From positions 5,344,001 to 5,408,000 of the forward strand of contig OZ245046.1 of NCBI GenBank assembly GCA_965224245.1: a stretch of 64,000 nt of DNA, read 5' to 3'. Of the stretch, positions 28,556 to 38,217 are shown one piece after another. Source of the DNA: Candidatus Eiseniibacteriota bacterium (lineage in GTDB: Bacteria; Eisenbacteria; RBG-16-71-46; CAZAMP01). Position 1 is the stretch's first letter; each line of letters opens with the position of its first letter. The notes below the pieces were generated by a model. That model searched no databases, was not told the DNA's origin, and worked only from the letters and a program-made list of their open reading frames with translations. The translations under genes were made by a program, and so were the position numbers.

Positions 28556-29079
28556 CACATGGCCTCCGCGCTGACCGGGTCGTAGATCGAGATGTTGAAG
28601 CGGTTCTCGACCGACCGGCTGTCCGCACGCTTGACGACGAGCGCGTCGATGCTGGCCAGCCGCGCGCCCTCCTCCAGCATGCGGACGAAGTCGAGCGTGC
28701 GTTCGTAGCTGCCCTGAAGTCGGACCGTGAAGCGCGCCCGCCGGTACGATCCGATGCGGCCCGAGTCGCCGGCGGTGAGCTCGAGCTGCGTGAGCCGAGC
28801 GGCCTTGACCATCGAGGCCACGTAGGTCAGGGGATCCTCGCCGGTCAGGGTCGCCAGCTGGGTCAGATCGTCCACCTCCAGGAACTGCGCGAGCCGCTTG
28901 CTCCGTCGTTCCCGCTCGCTGGCCTCGGTCAGCTTCTCGAGGAGCTCCGCACGCTGAGCGGCCAGGCGCTTCACCGTCCGGAGCTGAGGCTGCGTGAAGG
29001 CGACGTCGATGACGGCACAGGCCACGAGCGGCAGGACGATGGCGACGAGAGCGCGTATGGGGATGAGCTGCCTGGACAT
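28555..29079 (-). CDS. pilO: PilO-like protein
   Basis: TM + coiled coil + ferredoxin-like domain (VRLQGSY...LDFVRMLE); synteny. Confidence 0.7.
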   Translation of the reverse strand: MSRQLIPIRALVAIVLPLVACAVIDVAFTQPQLRTVKRLAAQRAELLEKLTEASERERRSKRLAQFLEVDDLTQLATLTGEDPLTYVASMVKAARLTQLELTAGDSGRIGSYRRARFTVRLQGSYERTLDFVRMLEEGARLASIDALVVKRADSRSVENRFNISIYDPVSAEAM

Positions 29080-29080
29080 G

Positions 29081-29647
29081 TCATCCTCCGTCCCGACCCG
29101 CCGGGGTCGCTCGGCAAGAGATCTCGAACTCGCTGTCGGATCCGCCCTTCAGCACGCCGAGGGTGACGCTGGGAAACACACGTGCGATCCGTCGATCCTC
29201 TCGCAGCGCCTCCATGAACGCCGACACGTCCTCGACCGACGTCCGGTCACGATCGACTCGACCTTCGATCGACAGGGTCGCGGGTGACTTCCGCCACGCC
29301 GCCGAGCCCGACACCCGTTCGAGCCGCATCGACGTGCCGACGTTCGTCGCGATCGCGGCGAGAGCCGGGGACCAGTCCACTCGACCGGCCCGGAGCTCGA
29401 GCACCTCGCCGGCCAGCGCGATCTCCGGATGCGCCGAGGGCGTCGACTCGACCCGACTCGACAGGCGCTCGATGGCCGTTCTCAGCGTTCGCGCCTGCTC
29501 GTTCAGGAGCACACCGCTGAGGGCCAGCGAGAACGCCAGAAGCACCTCGACCGTGACCAGCGCCAGGACCGCGGTTCGTCGCGCCGCGTTCCGGCGTCCA
29601 CGAAGCCGGTTCTCGGCGAACTCGGGATAGAAGTTGATCCTATACAA
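29081..29647 (-). CDS. pilN: PilN-like protein
   Basis: N-terminal INF (INLL-like PilM-binding) motif, TM, coiled coil, LSIEG..VSAFMEAL. Confidence 0.7.
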   Translation of the reverse strand: MYRINFYPEFAENRLRGRRNAARRTAVLALVTVEVLLAFSLALSGVLLNEQARTLRTAIERLSSRVESTPSAHPEIALAGEVLELRAGRVDWSPALAAIATNVGTSMRLERVSGSAAWRKSPATLSIEGRVDRDRTSVEDVSAFMEALREDRRIARVFPSVTLGVLKGGSDSEFEISCRATPAGRDGG

Positions 29648-30623
29648 CGGGGTCGTCCCACCACCTGCACAGTCCGCAAGCTACTACGAAGCGTGATCCA
29701 CACTCCGACACGTCGTGATATCCAACCCCCGACTCGCCGACCTCCTCGAGGGGGTCGAGCCCGGAGACGGGTTGCTCTAACTTCTGTCGGAGGAAATCGA
29801 GGGAACCTGAGAGCAAGCTCCCACCGCCGATCAAGAACACCGCTCCGACCTCCTGCCGGTGCCGGCCGCGGTAGAACGTCATGGTCTCCTCGGTGCGACG
29901 GGCGACCCCGGACAGGAACGCGTCCACGCTGGTTCCGTTCTCGGTGGCCGCGGACCCGGGGCCGATGTGTCGACTCAGGAAGCCGGCGTCCCGATGAGCG
30001 ATGTGAATGGACGTCTGGCGACCGCCGACGTCCAGGACCGCGATCGCCTCGTCTCCACGCCCGGCCCCGGACGCGATCGCCTGGTTCAGCGCCGACAGTG
30101 GCTCCAGATCCACGACCTCCGGCTCGAGCCCGGCGCCCGCCAGCACGCTCACCGCGAAGTCGCGCCGCGCCCTGGGGATCGCCGCGAACAGGGCCCGGCT
30201 CTGCGGCGGCAGGCCATCGGCTCCGTCGGACGTGCGGCCGAGCAGCTGCGACGTCACCAGCGGGGTGTCCATGTCGTCCAGATCGAGGTGCTTCTTGGCC
30301 TCGAACCGCGTCGACGCCTGAAGCTCCTTCGCGTCGACGGGGGGGATGACCACCTCGCGCACGCGGACGTCCGCGCCGCCGACGGCGACGGCGACGTGCC
30401 CCAGGTCCCGCTTCACGAGGCCTAGACGCTGAAGGACCGTGCGCAGCGCCTCGGTCGCGCGCTCGGTGTCGGTTCCGGACCCGTCGACGTTCCACTCCTC
30501 GAGGCCGACGTGCGAGATGCGTTCGAGCCTGGACGTCCCCTCGGCACGCACGAGCTTGACGCCGACCGTGCCCAGGTCGATCCCCGTGCGGACTCCCGAA
30601 CCGCGTCCCATCATTCGAAACAA
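29640..30623 (-). CDS. pilM: PilM (actin/FtsA-like) pilus assembly protein
   Basis: GIDLGTVGVKLV, AVLDVGG..T, FLIGGGS..G, FVVACGLC; GAGGAGG RBS before TTG. Confidence 0.85.
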   Translation of the reverse strand: MFRMMGRGSGVRTGIDLGTVGVKLVRAEGTSRLERISHVGLEEWNVDGSGTDTERATEALRTVLQRLGLVKRDLGHVAVAVGGADVRVREVVIPPVDAKELQASTRFEAKKHLDLDDMDTPLVTSQLLGRTSDGADGLPPQSRALFAAIPRARRDFAVSVLAGAGLEPEVVDLEPLSALNQAIASGAGRGDEAIAVLDVGGRQTSIHIAHRDAGFLSRHIGPGSAATENGTSVDAFLSGVARRTEETMTFYRGRHRQEVGAVFLIGGGSLLSGSLDFLRQKLEQPVSGLDPLEEVGESGVGYHDVSECGSRFVVACGLCRWWDDPVV

Positions 30624-30633
30624 CCCGACCTCC

Positions 30634-31959
30634 TCAGCTGCTTGCGCTGGGCATCTCCCGCCACTTGAGAACGCGAAGCGTTCCCGAGACCCCGTCGGCC
30701 CAGTCGTCGACCAGGTATCCGGGAAGATGCTCGATGAATCCCCTGTCGAACACGATGTGCGGCGATCCGGTGCTGTTCCAGTCCCCGAGCACGACGAACG
30801 CCCCGTAGAGCTCGAAGTTGGAGTTCACACCGACGACGTCCCTCGTGATGTAGATGAGGGCCGGATAGTCCGGCGAGCCGATCTGCGTGTGCGAGCCGCC
30901 CACCTTCTGGAAGTCGCGAGCGATGAGCGCGATGCCGCGGTAGGGCTCGAAGATGATCTGGCGAACGGTCGTGAGGCCTCCCATCCAGAAGGCCTCGTCC
31001 GAGCGCTGCTCCTCGGTGACTCCGGTGAAGCGCGCGTTGACGATCGTGGCATTCACGACGGTCGAGCTCGAACCGTCGAAGATCAGGTTCGCGGTCGCGT
31101 TGACCCCGGGAGGATCGATCGCCGCCGCCTCGCCGAAGTTGACCACGACCGCGACGTCCCCGGCCGTGCGTCTGAACACACCCGTCGCGTCGTCGAAGTA
31201 GTGCTGGATCTCGGCGTGACTGTCGAAGTCGAAGGTGAACAGCTCCTGGCCGGCGTTGTAGCTCGTGACGTCGACGAGGCTGTCCCCGAGGGCGGTCGTG
31301 ATGTCGATCCCGTCGCGATCGAAGATGCGTGCCTGTGCCGTTCCCCCGATCCGGGTACCCCGGACGTAGTAGTACGTCGCGTCGGGGAAGTGGTCGGGGT
31401 CGGTGTAGATCGGGGGCGGGGTCACCTCGAAGTCCGACGTGTAGTCGCCACACGTGAGGTGGACGTCCGACGGGCCGAAATCGGCATCCCCGACCACGTG
31501 GGCGGTGCCCTCGAGGCAGAAGTCTCCGCCGACGTCGGCGTCGCCGAGGACGAGTATCCCCAGCCCGTAGGCGGTGGGCGGAACCACCGCGAAGACCTCG
31601 ATGGCTCGCCTGGCGATGCCGACCCGCCCGGTGGAGAGGACGTGCACGACGTCCTCGGCTCCCGGATACGTGGTGTCGGTCACCGCCACGTCGTAGGTGC
31701 CGGCACCCAGCGAATCCGCCGACCATCCATCGCGCCACGTCCGGTCCTCGAGGAACTTGCCGCGGGTGCGCTCCAGTCCGGCATCGGCCAGATAGAACGC
31801 GCTGCTCGAGTTCTGGCGATAGATGGCCCCCTTGGTCTCGTATGCGGAGACGGCGAAGAAGGACATCCCCATGAGCACGATGACCAGCGTGAACACCACG
31901 ACGGTCACGAGCGCGTAGCCGCCATCGCCACCGGCGGTCGTTCGACGAGGGGTGGTCAT
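30634..31959 (-). CDS. PilX/GspK-like large minor pilin
   Basis: G|YALVTVV class III signal lacking Glu5; AFYLADAGLE. Confidence 0.75.
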   Translation of the reverse strand: MTTPRRTTAGGDGGYALVTVVVFTLVIVLMGMSFFAVSAYETKGAIYRQNSSSAFYLADAGLERTRGKFLEDRTWRDGWSADSLGAGTYDVAVTDTTYPGAEDVVHVLSTGRVGIARRAIEVFAVVPPTAYGLGILVLGDADVGGDFCLEGTAHVVGDADFGPSDVHLTCGDYTSDFEVTPPPIYTDPDHFPDATYYYVRGTRIGGTAQARIFDRDGIDITTALGDSLVDVTSYNAGQELFTFDFDSHAEIQHYFDDATGVFRRTAGDVAVVVNFGEAAAIDPPGVNATANLIFDGSSSTVVNATIVNARFTGVTEEQRSDEAFWMGGLTTVRQIIFEPYRGIALIARDFQKVGGSHTQIGSPDYPALIYITRDVVGVNSNFELYGAFVVLGDWNSTGSPHIVFDRGFIEHLPGYLVDDWADGVSGTLRVLKWREMPSASS

Positions 31960-31973
31960 CTCGAGGTCCTTCT

Positions 31974-32456
31974 CTAGAATTCGAAGCTCTGGTTACGGAT
32001 CGCCGCGCGCGTCTTTCCGCCGACGCGAAATCCGTACGAGTCCTCGAACTCGACCGTGATCGTCAGACTCGTGGTGTCGTCGTCCGCGTCGCATCGAAAG
32101 CGGGTACAGACGCGGTCCACGAGGTTGATTCCGTCTTCCTGAAGCCGGTACTGACCCCCGACGAGCGCCGCCCGGTAGGTGTGGACCAGCGCGCCGGTCT
32201 CGTCGTAGGTGCTGAACTCGGTGGAGTCGACGACGGCGATCGTCCTGGCCGCCCGGATCGATCTGGCCATCCACTCGAGAGCCTCGGTCGTGTTCTGCTG
32301 GAGAACCGCCTTGTCGTGTCCGGAGCGCCAGGACGACTGGCTGGACAGAACGATCCGGCCCAGCACCAGGACGACGAAGAGTCCGATCACCAGCGCGACG
32401 GTCAGCTCCACGAGCGTGTAGCCGCGGTGGGCGCGACGGGGCGCCGGCGTCGTCAT
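31974..32456 (-). CDS. PilW/GspJ-like minor pilin
   Basis: RG|YTLVELTVALVI prepilin motif; M.RSIR.A. Confidence 0.75.
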   Translation of the reverse strand: MTTPAPRRAHRGYTLVELTVALVIGLFVVLVLGRIVLSSQSSWRSGHDKAVLQQNTTEALEWMARSIRAARTIAVVDSTEFSTYDETGALVHTYRAALVGGQYRLQEDGINLVDRVCTRFRCDADDDTTSLTITVEFEDSYGFRVGGKTRAAIRNQSFEF

Positions 32457-32869
32457 GGCATTCCTCGCGCCAGGATCGTCGTGGTCGACAGGTCCCGGGT
32501 GATGCTCGAGCCACCGACCAGGGCGCTCCAGCTGACGGTCACCCCGACCGTGGTGGTCTGATCTTCCGGAGTGCCGGCGGTCACCTCGTGGGAGACGACG
32601 TACGGTCGGTTGTCGACCACCAGGGTGGTGTCGGTTCCGTCCAGCAGCGGAAGGTCGTCATAGCGGAAGTCTCGCCGGATCCCGTCCAGACGAGCCTGAG
32701 CGACCTCGGTGGCCTTCCGCCGATCCTCCTCGTAGCCCAGCTGTCGCCGTCCACGGCTGTAGATCTGGGCCAGCCCGAAGAAGACGATGAGAAGCAGCAC
32801 GGCCGCGATGAGAATCTCGAACAGCGTGAAGCCGCCGTCCGATCGCCGACGCGGGGAACTTCGCCTCAT
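32453..32869 (-). CDS. PilV/GspI-like minor pilin
   Basis: GG|FTLFEILIA prepilin motif; A.EVAQARLD; VTVSW. Confidence 0.75.
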   Translation of the reverse strand: MRRSSPRRRSDGGFTLFEILIAAVLLLIVFFGLAQIYSRGRRQLGYEEDRRKATEVAQARLDGIRRDFRYDDLPLLDGTDTTLVVDNRPYVVSHEVTAGTPEDQTTTVGVTVSWSALVGGSSITRDLSTTTILARGMP

Positions 32870-32902
32870 CTGACCGCTCGCTTCCGATGAACGTGAGGCA
32901 CC

Positions 32903-32924
32903 GGGGCGAGGGTTCCCCCGCCCC
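32903..32924 (-). other. GC-rich stem-loop between pilA and the minor pilins
   Basis: Minus strand GGGGCGGGG-GAA-CCCTCGCCCC, no U tail. Confidence 0.5.
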
Positions 32925-32940
32925 AGGGCACCTCGACTCA

Positions 32941-33375
32941 CTACAGTCCGGTCACGACCGGTGCCTGTCCGTTCGAGTTGATGTTGGGTATCGTCACCAC
33001 CAGCGTGACACCCTCCATCTTTCCGCCCGGGATGCCGGTCGCCGTGATCACGAGCGCGGTCGATGTCGCGTCGGCGCCGCCGCCGCCGGTGATCGCGTAG
33101 TTGAACTCCGCGCTCGGGTTCAGGTCCACGATTCCACCCGCGCCCGCGGGCCACGTGGGATTGCCGGCCGCGTCCTGGTTCTCCTGCGCCCAGGCCTTCG
33201 ACGCGGTGACGATCTCGCCGATGCGTCCCGTGGCCTCGGAGATGCGCGCGTTCTTGATGTACTTGCCGTAGATCGGGATCGCGATGGCGGCGAGGATGCC
33301 GACGACCACGACCACGACCATGAGCTCGATCATGGTGAAGCCCTTCCGACCGGGCCTGCGACGGTAACGGAGCAT
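32941..33375 (-). CDS. pilA: Type IVa major pilin
   Basis: KG|FTMIELMVVVVVVGILAAIAIP.Y..Y...AR.SEA; AGGAGG RBS. Confidence 0.85.
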   Translation of the reverse strand: MLRYRRRPGRKGFTMIELMVVVVVVGILAAIAIPIYGKYIKNARISEATGRIGEIVTASKAWAQENQDAAGNPTWPAGAGGIVDLNPSAEFNYAITGGGGADATSTALVITATGIPGGKMEGVTLVVTIPNINSNGQAPVVTGL

Positions 33376-33463
33376 GTCAAGACCTCCTGTTGCCCGAGTA
33401 GTCGGGCGCCCTGTTTCCAGTCGTTGCGGCATCGAATCGTGCGCCGCGCTCGCCTGCAAAACG

Positions 33464-34708
33464 CTAGTAGTTGTATCCACCCTTCATGATTGCGTCGCCG
33501 AGCTGGAAGATCGGCAGGAACATTGCGACCACGATGATTCCGATCAGACCACCCACGAGGATGATCATGAGCGGCTCGATGAGCGACGAGATGGAGTGCA
33601 CGGAGGCTTCCACCTGCCGGTCGTAGAAGTCCGACGATTTGATCAACATCGCATCGAGGTTGCCGGCGTCCTCGCCGGTCGCCATCAGCTGAAGCGTCAT
33701 CTCCGGGAACGCGCCGGAAGCGCGAAACGACTCGGTGATGCCTCGACCGGACGCGATGCGCTCCTTCGCGTCGCCGATCGCCCGGGCGACGACGGAGTTG
33801 CCGGCCGCTCCCTTGACCAGCTCGAGGGCCTCCAGGATGGGGAGGCCACTGGCCAGCAGAATGCCGAACGTCCGGGCGAACCGGCTCATGACCGACTTGC
33901 GGACGATCGGTCCGAAGATCGGGAGCCTCAGGAGAGCCGCGTCCATGGCGTACCGCCCCCCACGCGTCCGGATCAGGAGTCCGAACACCAGGACGATCCC
34001 GACCGCCGCCGCGATGGACAGAAGCGCGTTCGACCGGATGAAGTTGGAGGCGACCACGATCTTCTGCGTCAGCAGCGGCAGCTCCTGTCCGAAGTCGGCG
34101 TAGATGTCCGCGAACGTGGGGACGATCTTGAGCAGGAGGAAGAGCGTGACGAGGATCGCGAAGCCGAGGACCATCACCGGGTACGCGAGCGCGGCACGGA
34201 CCTTGGTACGGATCGCGTCGACCTTCTCCAGGTAGACGGCCAGCTGATCGACGATCTGCTCCATCGTCCCCGCCCGCTCGCCGGCGCGGATCATGCTCAG
34301 GTACATGCGGCCGAACGCTTCCGGATGGCTGCCCATCGCGTCCGACAGGCTCTCGCCGCGCTCGATCCGGAGCGCGATGTCGTCGAGTGCCCGCGCGAGC
34401 ACGGGGCTGGTGGTGTCGCCGGCGAGTCCACGCAGCCCGCGCACGAGCGGCAGCCCGGCCTCCAGGACCGTGGCGAACTGCCGGCTGAACAGCGCCAGCT
34501 CGCGCGTACCAACCCGGCCGAACGAGATTCCGGCCAGCCGCTTCTGCCAGGTCTGCTGCGATCGACCGCCCGTGTCCTCGGCGAGATGCAGGACCGCCAG
34601 ACCCTGCGCGTGCAGCTGGCTCACGGCGTCGTCGATGGTGTTCCCCTGAAGGAACCCGCTGACTTCCTCGCCCTGCTGACTGCGTGCTACGTAGGCAAAA
34701 CTACCCAT
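33464..34708 (-). CDS. pilC: Type IV pilus platform protein (PilC/GspF)
   Basis: FSRQFATVLEAGLPL, MIRAGERAG, LIEPLMI..GIIVVAMFLPIF. Confidence 0.92.
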   Translation of the reverse strand: MGSFAYVARSQQGEEVSGFLQGNTIDDAVSQLHAQGLAVLHLAEDTGGRSQQTWQKRLAGISFGRVGTRELALFSRQFATVLEAGLPLVRGLRGLAGDTTSPVLARALDDIALRIERGESLSDAMGSHPEAFGRMYLSMIRAGERAGTMEQIVDQLAVYLEKVDAIRTKVRAALAYPVMVLGFAILVTLFLLLKIVPTFADIYADFGQELPLLTQKIVVASNFIRSNALLSIAAAVGIVLVFGLLIRTRGGRYAMDAALLRLPIFGPIVRKSVMSRFARTFGILLASGLPILEALELVKGAAGNSVVARAIGDAKERIASGRGITESFRASGAFPEMTLQLMATGEDAGNLDAMLIKSSDFYDRQVEASVHSISSLIEPLMIILVGGLIGIIVVAMFLPIFQLGDAIMKGGYNY

Positions 34709-34736
34709 CGGATCCTCGTCGTTTCCGCGTTTCCGA

Positions 34737-36557
34737 TCAGTCGTCGCTCGAGCAGACGCGCACGACCTCTTCCAGCGTGGTCGTGCCCTCTCGAACCTTC
34801 TCGAGCCCGGCGTTGCGAAGGGTCGTCATTCCCTGCTGAAGGGCCAGCTCCCGGATCTCACCCGCCGGCCGTCCGTCGGCGATGAGCTGTCGCAGCCCCG
34901 GTGTCATCGTCATCCGTTCGATGATCGCGATCCGCCCCCGGTAGCCGCGTCCCTTGCAGGCGGCGCAGCCCTTGCCCCGGAGAAACCGCATGGGTTCACC
35001 GTTCGACGTGATCAGCTCGTGATCGCGAACGGCGAACCGCATCTCCTCGCTCGGCTCGTACTCCTCCAGGCAGTGCTCACAGCTTCGCCGGATGAGCCGC
35101 TGCGCCGCGACCATCGTGAGGGCGCTGGCGGCCATGAACGGCTCGATGCCCATCGAGACGAGACGCGTCGCCGTCGTGGGTGCGTCGTTCGCGTGAATCG
35201 TGCTGAAGACCATGTGCCCGGTCAGCGCCGCGCGAATGGCGATGTCGGCCGTCTCCTGGTCGCGGATCTCACCGACCATGATCACGTCGGGATCCTGACG
35301 GAGGAACGAGCGGAGCGCCGTGGCGAACGTGAGGCCCTTGCGCACGTTGACGGGCACCTGGTTGATGCGCGAGATCTGGTACTCGACGGGATCCTCGACG
35401 GTCGTGATGTTGATCGCGTCGCTACGAAGCTCGAGCAAGCTGGCGTACAGCGTCGTGGTCTTGCCGGACCCCGTGGGGCCGGAGAGAAGCACCATCCCGT
35501 ACGGATGGTGAATCGCGTCCACGAACGCGCGGTGATCGGCCTCCGAGAAGCCGAGATCCCGCAGCGAGAAGCTGAAGTTGGTCTTGTCGAGAAGACGCAG
35601 CACGAGCTTCTGCCCGTGGAGGGTCGGGATCGCCGAGACGCGGATGTCGACCTCGCGACCGCGGCTCCGGTGCGTGAACCGACCGTCCTGAGCCATGCGT
35701 CGCTCGGCGATGTCCATGTCGGCGAGGATCTTGATGCGGCTGGCGGCGCCGGTGTAGACGGCCTTCGGCGGCGTCAGCGCGTCGTAGAGGAGCCCGTCCA
35801 CCCGGTATCGGATGACCAGCTCGTGCTCCTGTGGCTCGACGTGGATGTCCGTTGCGCGTTCCTGGAGGGCCTGCGTGATGATCTGATCCACGAGGTGGAT
35901 GACGCCCGCGTCCTGTGCGTGGCGCTGGGCTTCGTCCTCGTCCGGCTCGTCGCCGATGCTGACGATCTCGATCTCGTCGATCACCTCGTCGATCAGCCGG
36001 GTCACCGTGCGGGAGCTCTCGATGAGGGCGTACTTGCTCTCGCGTGCCTCGTCGAGCACGTGGGCCGGCGCGATCAGGATCTCGAGCCCGAGGTCGGCTC
36101 GCGTCGCGACGCGCTGAAGGTGGTCGAGCGTCTCCACGTCGAGGGGGTCTTGCATCGCCACCGTGAGCGTGCCGTCGTCGACGCGTACGGGGAGCAGCCC
36201 GTGGCGTCGAGCCACGTCGAGCGAGATCAGCTCCAGCGCAGCGGGCTGAACCTCGTCCTGCGCGGGATCGAACAGCCGGTGGCCGAGCTGCTGCGAGAGC
36301 ACCTCGAGCACGTCGTGTTCGGAGATGTATCCCTGGCGCTTGAGGATCTCGCCGACGCGCTCACGCGTTCCGGATTGCTCCGAGAGCGCATCCTCGAGCT
36401 GCGAGGCCGAGATGCGTCCGCGCGTGACGAGCAGCTTTCCGATTGGGCTGAGCTTCGACACCTGTCCTTCCACCCCGACCACGACGTCGGCGGCGGGCGC
36501 CGACGCTTCGAGCCGGTTCTCGGGTGAGCCAACGTCCGATTTGCCGCTATCGCCCAC
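34737..36557 (-). CDS. pilB: Type IV pilus assembly ATPase (PilB/GspE) with N-terminal MshEN-like domain
   Basis: ATDIHVEP, QDGR, GPTGSGKTTT, TVEDPVEY, LRQDPDVIMVGEIRD, GHMVFSTIH, CEHC/CAAC. Confidence 0.92.
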   Translation of the reverse strand: MGDSGKSDVGSPENRLEASAPAADVVVGVEGQVSKLSPIGKLLVTRGRISASQLEDALSEQSGTRERVGEILKRQGYISEHDVLEVLSQQLGHRLFDPAQDEVQPAALELISLDVARRHGLLPVRVDDGTLTVAMQDPLDVETLDHLQRVATRADLGLEILIAPAHVLDEARESKYALIESSRTVTRLIDEVIDEIEIVSIGDEPDEDEAQRHAQDAGVIHLVDQIITQALQERATDIHVEPQEHELVIRYRVDGLLYDALTPPKAVYTGAASRIKILADMDIAERRMAQDGRFTHRSRGREVDIRVSAIPTLHGQKLVLRLLDKTNFSFSLRDLGFSEADHRAFVDAIHHPYGMVLLSGPTGSGKTTTLYASLLELRSDAINITTVEDPVEYQISRINQVPVNVRKGLTFATALRSFLRQDPDVIMVGEIRDQETADIAIRAALTGHMVFSTIHANDAPTTATRLVSMGIEPFMAASALTMVAAQRLIRRSCEHCLEEYEPSEEMRFAVRDHELITSNGEPMRFLRGKGCAACKGRGYRGRIAIIERMTMTPGLRQLIADGRPAGEIRELALQQGMTTLRNAGLEKVREGTTTLEEVVRVCSSDD

Positions 36558-36854
36558 CCATCGCCACGTGATGCGGCGTGAAGGGACGACGGACGAACTC
36601 CACCAAGTTGAAGATCGTGCACTTCGTCGCGGTTCTAGAGCTTCGATGGTGAAATCAGCCGGAGTCGCCCGTCACGCCCCGGGGGATGGGCCGGTCTCCG
36701 CCGGGGGGCGGGTGCGGCCGGTCGCCATGGATGGGGCAACGGCGTGCACAAGGCACTGATCGAACGGAAGTTGGCGGTGTCGGTCATCCGAGGCGGGCCG
36801 AACGGTCGAGATGAGCCGTCTCGATCCGATCGGCGGTTCGGAATCCGACGTGGG

Positions 36855-38084
36855 CTACCGGTTCCCGTTCGCCATCCTCGAGGACTCGGGGTCGCGTCTG
36901 AGCCGCGCCATGCCCACGATCCCGATGATCGGTCCGATCGCGAGCATCGGAAACACCCACGACCAGCCGACGCGATCCACGAGCGTCGGCACGACGTTGA
37001 TCGTGACCATCGTCAACAGGAACCCGAGGCTCGTCTGGAGGGTCAGCGCCGTCCCCACGTACCGCGGGTCGGCCAGCTCACTGACCGCGGCGCTGAACTG
37101 TCCGCTGTCGGCGACCACGGCGATGCCCCACACGATGCAGAGGACGGTGAGCGCGATCGGTGACGAGAAGAGCGCGCCCACGAGCAACGCACACGTCCCC
37201 GATATGGCCAGGCTGGCGATCGTCGTCGTCGTGCGTCCGATGCGGTCGGCGAGCCACCCTGCCACGACGCACCCGATACCGCCGGACGCGATCGTGGCGA
37301 AGCCGGCCAGACGCGCGGCCGTCAGGCCGAGCCCGCGGGCATCGTAGCTGGCGATCAGGAAGATCGGCGTCCACGTCCACATCGCGTAGAGCTCCCACAT
37401 GTGCCCGAGGTACCCGATGTTGGCCAGTCGCGTGGGCCGATGGGAGAACGCCCGCGTGGCGTACCGCCAGTCGAACGGCGCGGACGTCCCGAGGTGCGGT
37501 CCCGCGCGCACGAGCACCAGCACGATCAGGCCGCCCGCGGCGGCCAGCGCCGACGACGTCCGGAGCACCAGCGGCCAGGGCGGGATGCCGGCCGCTCCGA
37601 GAACGGGCACCGCGTTCAGGAAGTGGGGCAGAGCGCTCCCGACGGCGAGCGCCCCGATCAGGATGCCGATGCCGAAGCCGCGATCGTCCCGACACCACGA
37701 CGCGATCAGCTTCATGCCCGGCGGATAGACGCCGGCCAGCGTCACGCCCGTGACGAAACGCAGCACCATCACCGCCCCGAGCGACGCGTCGGACACGGTG
37801 ATCGCCGCGTTGGCGCCCGCACCGACGAGGGCGGAGACGCCGATCAGCCGCGTGGGAGGGATGCGATCGGCGAGGTTCAGGACCGCACTGACGAGCGCGC
37901 CGCACACGAACCCGAGCTGCACCGTCATCGTCAGCCACGAGGCTTGTCCCGGCGAGAGCTGCCAGGCGTCGCGGAGCTGCGGCACCACCGCCGATGCCGA
38001 GAACCAGAGCCCCATGGCCAGGAGCTCGGCCAGGGCCAGGAATCCGACGTTCAGCCACTTGGCGTTGGAGGCGAAGCGCGACAT
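36855..38084 (-). CDS. MFS transporter
   Basis: LWFSASAV, VQLGF, LADR, YPPGMK, GYLGHMWELYAMW, ADSGQFS. Confidence 0.88.
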   Translation of the reverse strand: MSRFASNAKWLNVGFLALAELLAMGLWFSASAVVPQLRDAWQLSPGQASWLTMTVQLGFVCGALVSAVLNLADRIPPTRLIGVSALVGAGANAAITVSDASLGAVMVLRFVTGVTLAGVYPPGMKLIASWCRDDRGFGIGILIGALAVGSALPHFLNAVPVLGAAGIPPWPLVLRTSSALAAAGGLIVLVLVRAGPHLGTSAPFDWRYATRAFSHRPTRLANIGYLGHMWELYAMWTWTPIFLIASYDARGLGLTAARLAGFATIASGGIGCVVAGWLADRIGRTTTTIASLAISGTCALLVGALFSSPIALTVLCIVWGIAVVADSGQFSAAVSELADPRYVGTALTLQTSLGFLLTMVTINVVPTLVDRVGWSWVFPMLAIGPIIGIVGMARLRRDPESSRMANGNR

Positions 38085-38217
38085 GCGCGCGAGAGTACAT
38101 CTCTCGAGCGGTTTCTGGACGTGGAAATTCGACCGAGGCGCAGCCGATCACCGTGGGCGGCGATGCCGACTCTCGCGGGCATGCGCACCACGTCCCCGAC
38201 ACCGGCCGTGTCGTCCG

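Noticed and set aside
24161-36557. Calling the cluster a canonical type II secretion system
   Set aside because: PilM/N/O, a T4a-type pilin and a PilT-like ATPase fit type IVa pili better, although a secretion role is not excluded.
36734-36750. Possible sigma54 promoter for the pil operon (minus strand TGTGCACGCCGTTGC)
   Set aside because: Lacks the invariant GG at -24.
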